The notes: a model not told the origin generated them from the sequence alone. A stretch of DNA of 64,000 nucleotides from Octopus bimaculoides (GCF_001194135.2 NC_068997.1:57053372-57117371), one strand, 5' to 3'. Counted from the first letter of the stretch, positions 26,322 to 39,810 are shown. Numbers and translations: made by a program.

Positions 26322-26463
26322 TTGTGTGTGTAGAGAGAGATAGATAGATATATATATATACATACATATGCATATAAACATAAATATATATACATGTTTA
26401 TATACTTATAGATATATGTATACATATATATACGTATAATATTCTTTATATGTGTGTATCCTT

Positions 26464-26494
<31 letters not shown>

Positions 26495-27079
26495 CGCACA
26501 TTTTCAAGGAAATAGTCATCACTTTATCTTACATATTTATTTTCAATATTTATGTGTGTGTTTGCTTGTGTGTATGTATACTTGTGTGTCTGTGTGTGCG
26601 TGCGCTTTGTGAGCGTCTGCGCGCGTATGTGTGCCTGCGCGTGCCCGTGCACGCGTATGTGTGACGGAGAGAAGACAGAGGGCGATGGCGATAAAGAATG
26701 AATATTAGGTAAACAAAACAAGGGAAATTATGGTGGGGTGTAAGAGTTTCATTTCAACATGTCTGCTCTCTCGAATGAATATTCTTAAAGCAAATAATAC
26801 AAGTGGTACTATAATTACATTTATCTTGTAAACTTTAAAGGATTCTGGTGCCTAGAAGTCTCATAACTGGAGTGTATTCTTTCATTCCAACGACGATAAA
26901 CAAACAGAATTTTCATCAATTTCAAGCTATAAAATAATAAAATGGTTTAAACAAAAACAATCTGGAGCTCAGATCAATACATATCTCAAGTATTATACCC
27001 TGAAACTAAATTAATAACGTTGAATGTTATACATACATACATACATATATACACACTCGTATGTATATGTATAAATACG

Positions 27080-27117
<38 letters not shown>

Positions 27118-27429
27118 CATATATATATACATTCATAAGCGCGTGTGCACACACACATATATGTATGCAGTTACATTTATATATATATATATGTGTGTGT
27201 GTGTGTATATATGTAAATATTTGCATAGATGTATATGTCAAATAATTGATAATCACAGCCGCAATATTCACTTACAGTCGCCTCTTGATCTTCTTTCGTA
27301 AATGTCTCTGCATCTTCTACTTCACTGCACACATCGCCGAATTAAGATGGAATTATTGTGATTGGTACAAATTAAGAAATCTCCATATCAAGTGATTGCT
27401 CAACACTCAAAGTTCAGAATCATTTATCA

Positions 27430-27434
<5 letters not shown>

Positions 27435-27504
<70 letters not shown>
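27435..27504. repeat. (CA)n microsatellite
   Basis: Directly visible. Confidence 0.95.
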
Positions 27505-27515
<11 letters not shown>

Positions 27516-27548
27516 CGAGAGCAAGTCAAAATGTTTTCGCCAGAACAT

Positions 27549-28035
27549 ATTATTATTATTGTCACACTGCCTTCTGCACATGTCTGATGATCATGCTTGA
27601 AATAAACATCTCCGCAAGTGTACTCGATCTTCTGCCAATCTGGATTATGCTGAAATGCTGTGGCCATATGGTTGAGAATTTCGCTCCAGAAACATTTTTT
27701 TTTTTTGCCTTTTGAGATATGCTGTCCCTAATCAAAATGGACCCTAAGTCCTTGTAGGTGTCAACTTAATCAAGTCTATCTACAGTCAGCATGATGTTGT
27801 TTACTGTGTTTTATTTGTTACTGTCAACCAAGATTTTGTTCTTTCCTGGTTTAATTTCTTTCCTGTATGCTCCTGATACATTTTCCGCTGTGGTGGTCAG
27901 CCCCCGTTGTTCTGCTTCACTACCTCCTAAAAGGTCAATATGACCAGCAAAGCGCAGGCTGGAAATGGGCCGTCCCCCATTGGAAACAGATGGGTTGACG
28001 TCTTGAAGTGTCTCCTGCGTGATATTCTCCGAAGG
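27549..28035 (-). mobile_element. RTE/BovB-like LINE, RT domains 4-7 and downstream region (decayed)
   Basis: Minus frame from 28032 reads SENITQETLQDVNPSVSNGGRPISSLRFAGHIDLLGGSEAEQRGLTTTAENVSGAYRKEIKPGKNKILVDSNK*NTVNNIMLTVDRLD*VDTYKDLGSIL, matching the GGRPIxNLRFADDIDL ... FKYLG pattern (catalytic DD mutated to GH). A short (AAT)4 lies at the distal end (27549-27560). Confidence 0.85.
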
Positions 28036-28722
28036 TTAAGGGGAAAATGAAGGAAGACAAAGAGGAATGGATAACAGACAAGATCAAAATAATCGAAGCT
28101 GGGATAAAGAATATCAACAGAAAGGTTTCTTCTGAAACCCTCAAAAATAAAGAAACACATCATCATGATCATTGAAGACAAAACAGTCCTGCATCTCATG
28201 CTTGAGAATTGCAAAGACCTTTACAATCACAAACTCAAGCATGAGAGCAACATGATAAACGATTCTAACAACAATAATAACAGGGAACTTCGGGATGTTC
28301 CAATTTTACAGGAGAAAGACGAAGAGGCAGTGCGCTTGCTCACAGAGGGGAAATCCTCAGGAGTGGAAAACATCTCTCCAGAGCTCCTAAAACATGAAAG
28401 GCCAAAGCTCAAGGCACTAACAATTACTCGTCAGAAGATATGAGAGACGAAACAGTGGCCAAACGAGTTGACCTTATCATCGTTGATGCCCAATCCCAAA
28501 AAAGGCAACTCCAAACTCAGCCAGAATTATAGAACAACCAGACTAATTAGTCACCCAAACAAACTGTTGTTAAGAGTTCTGCTAAAGAGACTTAAGGGGA
28601 TGGCAGAAGAGATCCTGGCAGAAGAACAAACAAGATTTAGGTCCAGAAACAGTACTGTGAAGGAAGTATTTACCATGAGACCCCTCACATCTGACATCTA
28701 TCACTACAACATCGATTCCAAA
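28031..28722 (+). mobile_element. RTE/BovB-like LINE, EN-RT linker to RT domain 3 (decayed)
   Basis: MKEDKEEWI (28047), one frameshift, then a continuous frame 28165-28743 with one TGA: ..GKSSGVENISPELLKH..KI*ETKQWPNELTLSSLMPNPKKGNSKLSQNYRTTRLISHPNKLLLRVLLKRLKGMAEEILAEEQTRFRSRNST..DIYHYNIDSK. These are RTE RT domain 0-3 motifs. Confidence 0.92.
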
Positions 28723-29505
28723 TTGGAGTCGATGAAGTTGTGATACAATTGTGAGACTCCATCATTGAGTATAGCCAAGAGACAGGTTTTGCTATTTGAA
28801 AGAATCTCAACTGCTATTTCCAGCAACTTCAGCACCTACCTAAACCTTTAACTGATTCTGCTGCTGCTATGATTTTAATAATTAATGATGATGCAGTACT
28901 GTAGTTTTAACTGTCATGAAACACAATCTATATTTTCTTACTGCTACAGTGAAGTCCTCAACGTTAAATATTTCAAGTAGTTTGTAATTTGTAAAAGTAA
29001 GCCACTTAATCTCCATAGAGTCTATAGAATGTCTGCTGCTTCATTACCAGGAATTACAGTCAGCTTGTAGAGTTTACAGAATTGTTTGGAACTCACTAAA
29101 TATTCACGATTCTTTGATGCTGGCATAAGACAACTTGCAATTAATTCCTCTTTATGCTTCAAACGAATTATTATTATTACTATTATTACTATTATAATAA
29201 TAATAATAATTATTATTATTATTATTATTATTATTAGTGTTTCATATGTGAAAGAATTAAATTGTTCGAAATATAGATTTCTGAAATCACATAGCAGATT
29301 TAATTATTATATACGGATTGGAAAATATGCGAGAACCACCTATCATTAAATCTTGTTTTATTTGACATTACGTCTGTATGTGTGAATACGAACATACAGC
29401 TATGATGTGCGTGTGTGAGTATCTATGTGTATGTCTGAGTGTGTGGTGTGTGTGTGCTTGAATGTGTATGTGTGTGTGTTTGCGTGAGTGCATCTTGGTT
29501 TCTAG

Positions 29506-29580
<75 letters not shown>

Positions 29581-29644
29581 CATACATATGCGGACACTTA
29601 TACACAGGCATATCTGCTGACATTCGTAGGTACGTATATATGTA

Positions 29645-29686
<42 letters not shown>

Positions 29687-31713
29687 GGGGGCGTGACATG
29701 ATAGTCGTCTGCGTCTATGTAGAAGCTTATATGGTTGTGTATAATGGTGTATGTGCAGTTTTATGCCAGTGTATGTATCTGTTCGTGATTATGTTTAGGT
29801 GTGCATTGCAGGAATGGAATTGTTGTGTGAGTGTATCGAAACGTGCTGCACTATTTTCATTTATATCAGTGTGTACGTGCGAGGGAATGAGAGGAAGTGC
29901 GCATGCATGTACGTCTATGTGTGTATGCGTAAACATATATCTGTGTGTATGTGTGCGGGTGTATATTTGTTTGTGCATCTATTTGATGTTTATAGTAAGG
30001 TGTTTAGTAATTGCAGTATGGAGCGACAATAAATATCAACAGCAAAATATTCCACTGCTAACAAGCCACCATTCAATAAACTTTTAAACTAATTCTTTCA
30101 TTGAGTTCTCCTCATTCAATTCACATTAAAGACGGTATTCTCAAGGAGATACAGTTCATGTTATGTTTGTGGTAGTAATTGTTGTCGTGGTTGTTGTTGT
30201 TGCTTTTATTCCCAAGGAGCTCTTGATCTGCTAGGCGTATGGTGAAGGGGGTTACTTCGTGAATATATTATTTCCTCTCTCAATGAGCAAGAAATCAGAA
30301 ACGTGTGACCCGTTTTCTTACAATGGTAGGTTGAGGATTTGAGGGCGGTTTGCTTCTGTGGCTAGCTACTCCTGGGATTATGTAAGTTGAATGATGACAG
30401 TGGACCTAAAGTTCGAACACTGTGGGGCTTTTGGTGAATGTAGGATTTGTGATGGTGATATTATTCCAATGAACTGGAATTTGGGGTGGATATTCGGAGA
30501 GGGCAATGTGTTAACAGCATCCAAGGGACAAGGAGGCGAGTTACAGAGATCCACCGATTAAGTCCACATTTTAAGTTGTTGTAGGGAATTAGGTGCCAGG
30601 AGGAAAACAAAATTAAATTGGTCGAAAATAATAAACTCAAAAAAGGGAGATGAGTTGAATAAAAATATCATTGCTAAATGAAATGACACGAAGTAAAACT
30701 TAAGAGGGGGGATATTGTAGAGTAATTATACTGAGAGGACGTTATATCGATCCAACACCTTGAAAATAACATTGTATGACTGAGGGTCGTACAGTGCGAG
30801 ATAGAAACTTCCAAATGCAATATCTGTCAGCGCGACAACCGCCATGCAAAGACAGCTATTACACAAATTTTACTTAAAAGCGAATAACACAAAAAATAAT
30901 AGTCCCAGATACACTGTGCCATAAAACACTAGATTGCGACGGCTAGAATACGATTGTATGAGATAAAGACGCTTTTGACTGACTAAAGGTCAACCAAAAA
31001 ATAACCCCTACCATTGGTAATTCCTGGGAACTGTTAATCTCTAGCTGATTATACTAATATACATTGTTTCTTTGATATACACGGTAAGATGTGTTGAAGG
31101 ATTTCTGTATTTTGTAGAGCAAATAGTGAACGTTGGTGTGCGTGTCTGTTTAGACTTATGCATTGAGACTTTGAAATTCAGTGTATATCTGACTGAGAAA
31201 TGACAAGGAAGTGTTTGTAATGGACTGCAGAACCATCATCAGAATGGAGACATTAAAAAAGTATATTTGATATTTGCATTCTTCCATGAGATATGTCCAT
31301 AGGTGTATTTATACACACATAGGCATACATATACACATAGATCTCTCTTTCTTTCACTCTCTCTCAGTATACATACATACATACATCTATAATATTGTGT
31401 GATACATTTGTAGTGATCTCTATTTCATTTACTCTTACCAATTTTATATACTCGCATAAAAATTGTTAACGTTAATGCGTATGTAGAAGGAAGGGTAGAA
31501 GGGGGTTCAGGCGGGGGAGGAGGAAAAAAATAAGAAGAACGCGAAGAAGTTAAGACAAATCAGAAAACGGAAAAGAACGACATCAAAAACCAATTGCAAT
31601 GGCAGCAGGAATAACGAATATTTGTTCGTCAGAAATATTAATACAAAAATATACCCTCGTCCCTGATTAAATTCTATGCACAATCTTATGAGGTTTTGAC
31701 AACGTTGTGGAGC

Positions 31714-31732
31714 GGGGTGGGGGTGGGGCGGG
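31714..31732 (+). other. Canonical G-quadruplex motif / GC-box cluster
   Basis: GGGG-T-GGGGG-T-GGGG-C-GGG, four G-tracts with 1-nt loops. Confidence 0.6.
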
Positions 31733-32021
31733 AATTGTGCGATGTCGACTAATTTTTGTTCACTACTGTTTGTGTGAGTACAAGATGTAATCATGTGTGT
31801 ATCGCATCTGAATGATTGTTTTGTTGTTGTTGTTGTGAACTCTTTGTTTGTTGTTAAGGTTCCTCCTTGCAACAAGCTTGATTGAGTTGATTAAAGGAAG
31901 ACAGTTCGATCGATATTTCTCTTCGTTTTTGTTCTCTTTCACATTTTGAAAATAAGTCCAAATGTTTGGGATCGAATGATATGTTACCACTCTGAAGAAA
32001 ATACCATGTACCATACGGTGT

Positions 32022-32135
32022 TGGTACTTTCCTGGTCGACGATTTCGTTTTAAGATTTCTGATTTTGAAATCAGAACGTAAAGACAGACGAAATACTGCT
32101 ATGCATTTCGCCCGGCGTTCTAACGTTTCTGCCTT
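32022..32135 (-). mobile_element. SINE family A partial copy (5' half)
   Basis: CAGAACGTAAAGACAGACGAAATACTGCTATGCATTTCGCCCGGCGTTCTAACGTTTCTGCC is the reverse complement of the family A head. Confidence 0.8.
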
Positions 32136-32148
32136 ATAATTAACGTAC

Positions 32149-32360
32149 TTTCTACTCTAGGCACAAGGCCCGAAATTTTTGAGGTGGAGGGAGACAGTCG
32201 AGTAGATCGACCCCAGTACGATATTGGTACTGGATTTGTCGATCCCAAATGGATGAAAGGCAAAGTTGGCCTCGGCGGAGTTTGAACTCAGATCGTGAAG
32301 ACAGCCGAAATACCGCTAAGCATTTCTCCCAGCGTGCTAGCGTTTCTGCCATCTTGCCTT
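32149..32360 (-). mobile_element. SINE family A full-length copy
   Basis: Tail TTTCTACTCTAGGCACAAGGCCCGAAATTT, body GGATGAAAGGCAAAGTTGGCCTCGGCGGAGTTTGAACTCAG and head are all present. Confidence 0.9.
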
Positions 32361-32827
32361 TGTACAATTCAATATTAAAGCAATAAAAAATATATTATAT
32401 AATCTGGAGTTGCGCAATTCAAGACTATAATATTATCATTTTTTTTTTTCCTGAAGAGATATAACAAAATACAACTTATTGCATTTGATGATTCTAAAAT
32501 TTCGTTATATTGAAACATGTCTAGAATATCTTTTTGATTAATTTGGGTTATTTTGTTGATGCGGTTTTTTTTATACTTGTTTTTATGGGTATATCGTTTA
32601 TTATTTTAATTTGCATTACTTTTCCAGTTATAATACAAATAAATGAACCAAGCATCTTTCTAATTTTTCTTCTCCATTTTCTTTTATTCACTTCTTTTAA
32701 TTTTACGCGACTGTCTATACATACATATTGAGGAACTTTCTATTAATATATTTGGTTAAACCCAGTTGGTAGCCGGATAGTTTTTAATAATCCCTTACGA
32801 GAATATTGCTTCCTAAAATTCTGTATA

Positions 32828-32863
<36 letters not shown>

Positions 32864-32870
<7 letters not shown>

Positions 32871-33112
32871 ATAACAGATCGTGGGTAAGGCCAAATCAAT
32901 ACGAAGTAAATGCAAGGTAAATCACAAGAAAACTAGTATGTAAATTAATGCCGATCGGCAACATTCGTCAGTTTCTTGAAAATGGGACCATAACCCCGAA
33001 ATACTGTACACAAGATAAGTCTACATTAATTCACATACTAGTTTTCTTGTGATTTATATTGCATATTTACTTCGCATTGTTTTGGTCTTATCCACGACCT
33101 GTTACACAATAT
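32864..33112. mobile_element. MITE-like foldback with about 87-bp imperfect terminal inverted repeats
   Basis: 32864-32950 pairs with 33024-33112 (e.g. TAAATCACAAGAAAACTAGTATG / CATACTAGTTTTCTTGTGATTTA). It begins at the end of a (TA)n tract. Confidence 0.8.
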
Positions 33113-33904
33113 ATTCTACACAAGTCTTCATAGTAATTATTCCATTATAATATATATTACCGATAAATTGACTAATTTAATGCGTAAATATTTAGGTGTT
33201 TTTAATACTTAATATCTGAAAGTTTCTTAATTGAAATACTCCAAGGTTTACGTTTCCGAGTTTTGACCTAATAATCCGAACTTGCTTTCCGTTGAAATAT
33301 TGTTTGTTATATACTGGAACTTAATATGATAGCTATAAAGAATAGTTATGGATCATGTACGACAATTAGTGAAAAGCTCAAAAATTCGAGTGTGTCAGGC
33401 GCTGTCTTTTCCAGAGTCAATAAGATTTCGATGTTCGAAATGAATTGCCAATGCAAGTCTGGAAATCACCGAAGTCCACGATTGAAAGATAGCAGAACGA
33501 GGTCCTATCTTACGACTGAACACTCCAAACATTAACAAATATGTAAATTTACACTGAAAAATGCCAAGATATGTCTCTTGTATGAATATCGACAGCCAGA
33601 AGATGAAAATTATAAAAAAGGAGGTATCTTTCCTCTTAAGATAAAGGCAACAAAAAAAAAATGGTAGCGTAGAGGGAAATTATAATATGACTTTCGTTTG
33701 GCTAAGCCTAACCAGAGAATAATATTTGATATGTAGCAAACTGTTTGAACATATTGCCAATATAAAATACATTATTTGAACGAAATGGTTTTTGCTTATT
33801 CAGTATACTCTTTAGGAAATATGAGAGAATTTAATCTAGCTGCCTGGTGAAGACTAAATCGTAATCCAATTTCTCAGTGAAGTTAGGAAATAGTGATTGG
33901 ACAC

Positions 33905-34410
33905 TGAGAATGTATGGTGATGATGATGAAGACGATGATGATGATCATCGTCATCATCGCCACCACCATCATCATGAACGTCATCCACTTAACAATTTCA
34001 TTTCTTCACAATTGTGCATTCGATATTTGGATATATGTATTTGTACAAACATCAACTCACACTGGTGCACACAGACGCACGCACATGCACATGCCCACGT
34101 GCGTGCGCCTATTTATATATATCAAAGTTCGCGTCTAAAATCAGGATGATGAATATGAAGCTGTGACAATGATCACATTTGTGAGGAGGGTGATGATGTC
34201 TACGAAGACAATGATAATGGTGGTGGTGGTCAGGTGGTGTGGTAGTAATGTGATAGCGGTAGCAGTGTGACAGTCGCAGAGGATGGTGGTAATGTTGGAA
34301 GGTTGATACCGACGGTGGCGATGACGATGACAACGATGATGTTGGCAATGATGACAACGAGGGTCATGAAAACGACGACGACGGCGACAACAATAATGAT
34401 GATGATGATG
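33905..34410. repeat. Degenerate trinucleotide (GAT/CAT/CAC/GGT/GAC)n region
   Basis: Directly visible. It produces poly-D/H/M ORFs. Confidence 0.85.
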
Positions 34411-35571
34411 ATTCGTTGGTAATTTAACCCGTTTGAAATATACTATATTTCTTGATATTTGTATGAATTTGCTTTCCAGTTCAGTTTCCGCAACAGTTGC
34501 AGACGAAATTCTCTCATGTTTAGCAAAGAATACACTGAGTCAGCAAAAAGCCTCTTTACCGAAATTTCATTTGAAGTTTTGCACTCAATTATAATTAATA
34601 TTGGCAATGTAATCGGAAAGTTTGGCACTGCTACGTTTATGTTAGTTGAATAAGATTTCCAACAGAGACAGCGCAAATTCTTGAACATCTACACACACGC
34701 ACATATGTCTGTCTCCGTATCTTTATCTAAATATCTGTCTCTCTATCTATCTGTAAATGTTATATGTGATGGATATGTTTGAGTTTTCTCAACATATGAA
34801 ACTATTAATTACGCTCTAATACATGTATTGTGACCTTTAAATAAATAATATTTATCTCTGACCAGATGAAGCCTTTTTTGTTGAATTTTCTATCACGGGT
34901 CAGTAGATCACACACACACAAATATATATATATATATANNNNNNNNNNNNNNNNNNNNNNNNNNNNNNNNNNNNNNNNNNNNNNNNNNNNNNNNNNNNNN
35001 NNNNNNNNNNNNNNNNNNNNNNNNNNNNNNNNNNNNNNNNNNNNNNNNNNNNNNNNNNNNNNNNNNNNNNNNNNNNNNNNNNNNNNNNNNNNNNNNNNNN
35101 NNNNNNNNNNNNNNNNNNNNNNNNNNNNNNNNNNNNATATATATATATATATATATATATAGACAGACAAGCATACATACTATCATACATACACGCATAC
35201 ATACTCACACATATATGTACATGTCTGTATAACATAACTGGCTGCTCAATGCATAACCGTTCTAAGACTTATATTACTTTTGATAGTCTAGCGCAACACA
35301 TTGTAGCTATTACTGGTTTGTCACACTAACTGTTGGATGGTCGTCATATTTGCCTCCAGTTAGTCAGTGTGGATGTTAAATAAATAATAGGCGAGCGAGA
35401 AGTTCGAATGCAAGTCCGTCGCTTTTTTTCTTTCTGTATGCTTACTGATGAGAAGTAAGCATTCCATAGCTGACTCTTGTTATCATGTAGGATAAATGCA
35501 ATGAGCGTGACAATGTAGGACAGAATTTTCAATTGTAATTTTCGTGGCAAAAATTTGAAATTAATGTTATT

Positions 35572-35800
35572 AAGGCGGCGGTGTGCTGGCAGAATCGTTA
35601 GCACGGCGGGAAAATGAATTTACTGCATTTCGCCATTCTTTACCTTTTGAGTTCAAATTCCGCCAAAGTCGACTTTGCTTTTCATCTTTTCGGGGTCAAT
35701 AAAATAAGTACCTGTTGAGTACTGAGGTCGATATAATCGACTTAACCCCTACCCCAAAAATTCAGACTTTATGTCTATAGTAGAGAGGATTATTATTATT
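35572..35800 (+). mobile_element. SINE family A full-length copy with (ATT)n tail
   Basis: AAGGCGGCGGTGTGCTGGCAGAATCGTTAGCAC..GAGTTCAAATTCCGCC..TTCGGGGTCAATAAAATAAGTACC..GTAGAGAGGATTATTATT. Confidence 0.9.
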
Positions 35801-35905
35801 GTCGTTGTTAGTGGTGTTGTTGCTGCTATTATAGTTTTCATCATCGTCGTCTTCTTCGCCATCCTTCTCCGCCTCCTCCTCCTCCACCTTCTTCTTTTTC
35901 TTCTT

Positions 35906-35960
<55 letters not shown>

Positions 35961-38900
35961 GTTCAGAGCAACAGGAGTAATTATTGACAACACAGTACCT
36001 CCAGGGTGTCAAATGATATTCATCTTAAATGGGTGGTTTTCTAACACAAACAGTTTTCTAAATTGAAGGTCAAACTATTTCTACATTATATATTTCTAGC
36101 TTCCAACCTGTTAATATTTATTTTACAAATCAGAAATTAATAACTCACAAGCCGCAGTGTATTAGAGAGACTGTAATTATCTTACACCTCATTAAATGTC
36201 TCCATTGTAAAATAATTACATTAAATTTAATTAGGAAATGCCAGCAATAATCTCGTATTGCAGCTAACTGCATAACTTCGTCGTACGTATTAGAGGCTCT
36301 CTCTTTTCCGCCCCTGGCATTCAATAGTCTCACCTTTCCCCCACTTCTCTTCACTCTTTCCCCCACTTCTCCACTTCTCTTCGTCTCTCTCCTTCTCTCT
36401 ATCTCTCTCTCTGAGATTTTATGTCGGTGTGTGTGTGCGTTCGAACTGTACAGACGTGTTATTTTCCCAAGCTGCTTGCCAGCAATTCTAACGCAAAGCC
36501 ACGTACGTATCTCTCTTATTTTGAATTCCTGAATATTTTGGATATTTTCTTCTGTAAGAACATAATACTTTATCGAAAAATATTCGTAATTACACAATCT
36601 TTCTATTAACAAATACACACAAGTTTACACATCAATATTTTCAATATTTTGCCGGACACGAATATCTTCGTCTATTTCCATACAAAATTTCTCAAAACAT
36701 TTCTTTATTTTATTTGCTGTTGTTTCCTATTTTCACTATTTTTACTCAAACTAAGGACAATCACCTTTGTCCATTTCAAACGAATGTGAAACCAAACTAA
36801 GGGTTCGCGAGTAGTGCCACAAGAACGATGACAACAATTGTAGGAAAAGAAAAGCACAGTACGGCAGGGGGTAAAATAATATTTTCTTGCAGCCTGCATT
36901 ATTGTGAACGCAATTCCAACGGCACTATTAACCTTATTTAGGCCAGTTAATTTAAATGCTAAGGGCGTAGGCCAGGAATACAAGAAAATATTACATGGTA
37001 GCTGCTACTGAAAATATTCACTAAAGAATATACTGGAATTTATTACAAAGATTTATTACAAAGATTTATTACAACGATCTGCATGTGTGGATATATGTAT
37101 GGATGTGTATGATTATATTGCATTATTATGCTTTCTTCTGCCAACGTTGCATTGCTGCTCTAGATTAGAGTTAGAATATTTTCTGAAGTAGCTAACGATT
37201 ATTTTCTTGAGAAGAGCTGACATAATTTGAAACTCTTTACCATCTCCCCCACAAGTCACAATTGATCCTGTATTTAACATTTACTGCAACACCACCCACG
37301 GTAGTTTGTCTTTCTTTTCATAAATATCTCCTTGTCTCAAGACATGCACTTCCAGTTTTGCTTAACATGGCTGCAAACAAAGTACATCCTACAGGAAATA
37401 TAAGCTGGTGAATGAAGTAATAACTATTGTTTTGGTGGTGGTTATTTGGAGTGCTGGTTGACTTTGCCGTTATGTATTTCGCGGGTTAGATGGCTTTGTG
37501 GTTATATATTTGACTAGATGGTTGTCTGGTTAGCCGGCTGGCTACTTATGTGTTTGATTTCCAATGGCGGATCTGTTTTGACTATGAAATCAGAATATAA
37601 ATGGTGTGAATGAATGGGAGAAAATAAATGCTGCTGTTCCAGTCGGTGGCTGGAAGGCAAAAGATACGAAATACCGTTTGTTTAAAGATTCTACAGCGGT
37701 AACAGTTTCATATTAGTAAGCATTTGATAATATGTAAAGGCAAAATAAAGTAACGTTATATAACTATGTAAAGAAATAAACAAAAGATTCAGAACGCCCA
37801 ATCCAATGTTCTTATAACACAAGGGCTCCTCCATAATCAGTCATTGTACAGGACTATGTAAATTGTGTATGACAGAAAAATATATAATCTTTTTGAAGTC
37901 ACATGAGCCAGGAGGCTACTTGAACTCGAGGACGGAAGCCGTGGGGAGTTGTCCAACATGTCAGAAATGTTTACTTCAAAACTGGAAAACCTAGCTATCA
38001 AGCGAAGGAAAACAACTCGCCCAGCCATAATGTTTCAGAGGAATATTTCTTCAACTAGCACCGGCGTTCTTGTGGTTTTGAAAATACACGCTTATAGCGT
38101 GCTAACCTGAGATTCGACACACTTGTCAAGAAACTGGATTCTGCAAATTCATTTTGCCAATATAGTTGTGCAGTACCAATTGTGGATTGGTGTGTGTCAC
38201 ACAAGCGGAGTGTTCTCCATTCTCTTCTAATTGAAAATCTAGATTTACAAACATAAACCATACGTAGTTTGATAGCGGAGACTACTTTGCACAATGAATT
38301 ACATCAACCTTTATTAATCTTTTTATAGCATTGCAAAGCTGCTTCTTTTTGGTAATGAAGTGTTAAATAACTATTTTTTTTTCTGTTATCCTTGATTGTA
38401 AAGCAAAAACAATGAGGCGCCATTCTTATTTTCAAAATTTTGCTAGGCGAATTTTTACTAGTTTAGTTCGTTCATGCTCAAAAACTGCCTGACACTGGCA
38501 GCTTGATCACATCTAAAACGGCTGTTTCTTTTTGTTTTGTTTTACAATGTCTGATTTAATAAATACGTGTTTGCGTCTATGCGTGTCCAATTTTATACTT
38601 AGTGTGTACTGTTAAACTTTCACTTGTTAAATTGTGAATGCACTTCAAAGTGTATCTCTTATATTGCAATTATTCCGTTTTCTTTCCTTTTATTCTAAGT
38701 TTTATTTTAAATTTTGTTTTGTAGATTCGAAGATTAAAAGCCTAGTTTTTTTTCAAAGTAACCTAGTCAGTGCTACTCGCTCTGGTTACTCTCTACTAAT
38801 GTCTCTCTCGAAGAAGTAGACATTTTGAGAACTGATGTAAATACATACAAATTTCGAAACAAAAGTTTTTTAATTGAAAAAAAAACAGTAGAATTTAGAA

Positions 38901-39328
38901 TAGACTTTCTGTCTCGCTCAGGTATTAAAGAAGACGTGAAGACTTTCAAATGTATTTGTTTGGAAAATAACAGTAGAAAGACTAATTTTTCATCTCAAAA
39001 ACTTTAATAATATTAAAAATTAAAAAGTAACATGTATGCATTACCATTCATGACAAATAAAATTGTTTGAAAGAAAGGTTAGGGGTTCAGGGCCGGAAAT
39101 TTGGAAGGGAAGATTTAGTTGTTTACATAGTCTCATATCTCACTCAGTGCGTGACTGGTGCATTATTTCATTGGCTGGAAAACTAAAAGACGAAGAAGAT
39201 TTGGGTTGTATATGAACTCGGAGCCGAGAAACAACAGCGGCTACCACTACTCCTCTACTATTATTTCTACTAATAGTATTACTATCACCACCACCACTAC
39301 TACTACTAACAGCAACAACAACAATAGA

Positions 39329-39550
39329 CCTTTCTACTATAGTCACAAGGCTATTTTGGGGAAAATTTGGGGGACGAAGCAAGTCGATTAAATCGACCAC
39401 CAGTACTCAACTTGTACTTAATTTATCGACCCCGAAAGGATGAAAGGAAAAGTCGACCTCGGTGAAATTTGAACTCAGAGCGTAACGACAGACGAAATAC
39501 CGCTAAGCATTTCGTCGGGCGTGTTAACTATTCTGCCAGCTCACCGCCTT
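39329..39550 (-). mobile_element. SINE family A full-length copy (downstream member of a tandem dimer)
   Basis: TTTATCGACCCCGAAAGGATGAAAGGAAAAGTCGACCTCGG..GAACTCAGAGCGTAACGACAGACGAAATACCGCTAAGCATTTCG..TTCTGCCAGCTCACCGCCTT. Confidence 0.92.
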
Positions 39551-39605
39551 GATAACAATAACACTACTACTACTAGTAATAATAATAATAATAATAATAA
39601 TAAAA

Positions 39606-39810
39606 TCTTTCTACTATAGGCAGAAGGCCTGAAATTTGGGGACTAGTCGACTATATCGATGCTATAGTTTCGCTGGTAATTAATTTACTGACCCCGAAAG
39701 GATAAAAGGCAAAGCCGACCTCGGTGGTATTTGAACTCAGAGCGTAGCAACAGACAAAAAACCGCTAAACAATTCGCCCGACATGCTAACGATTCTACCA
39801 GCTCGCTGCC
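39606..39810 (-). mobile_element. SINE family A full-length copy (upstream member of a tandem dimer)
   Basis: Same layout as 39329-39550, separated from it only by (TAC)n/(TAA)n. Confidence 0.9.

Noticed and set aside
27270-27330. Minus-strand mini-exon (EVEDAETFTKEDQEAT|GTAAGT)
   Set aside because: Acceptor is weak, the segment is only 49 nt and no compatible partner exon was found.
30300-30620. GC-richer block possibly from a Penelope GIY-YIG region (CNSPPCPL on minus)
   Set aside because: No GIY/YIG or other diagnostic motif could be aligned, and there are several stops.
37038-37076. Short tandem arrays (13-mer x3 here, similar duplications near 14610 and 58490) as CRISPR-like repeats
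   Set aside because: Head-to-tail slippage duplications without spacers, in eukaryotic DNA with no cas genes.
37905-38110. Open frame ARRLLELEDGSRGELSNMSEMFTSKLENLAIKRRKTTRP.. in a repeat-poor island
   Set aside because: Weak acceptor, no donor before the stop and no recognisable homology.
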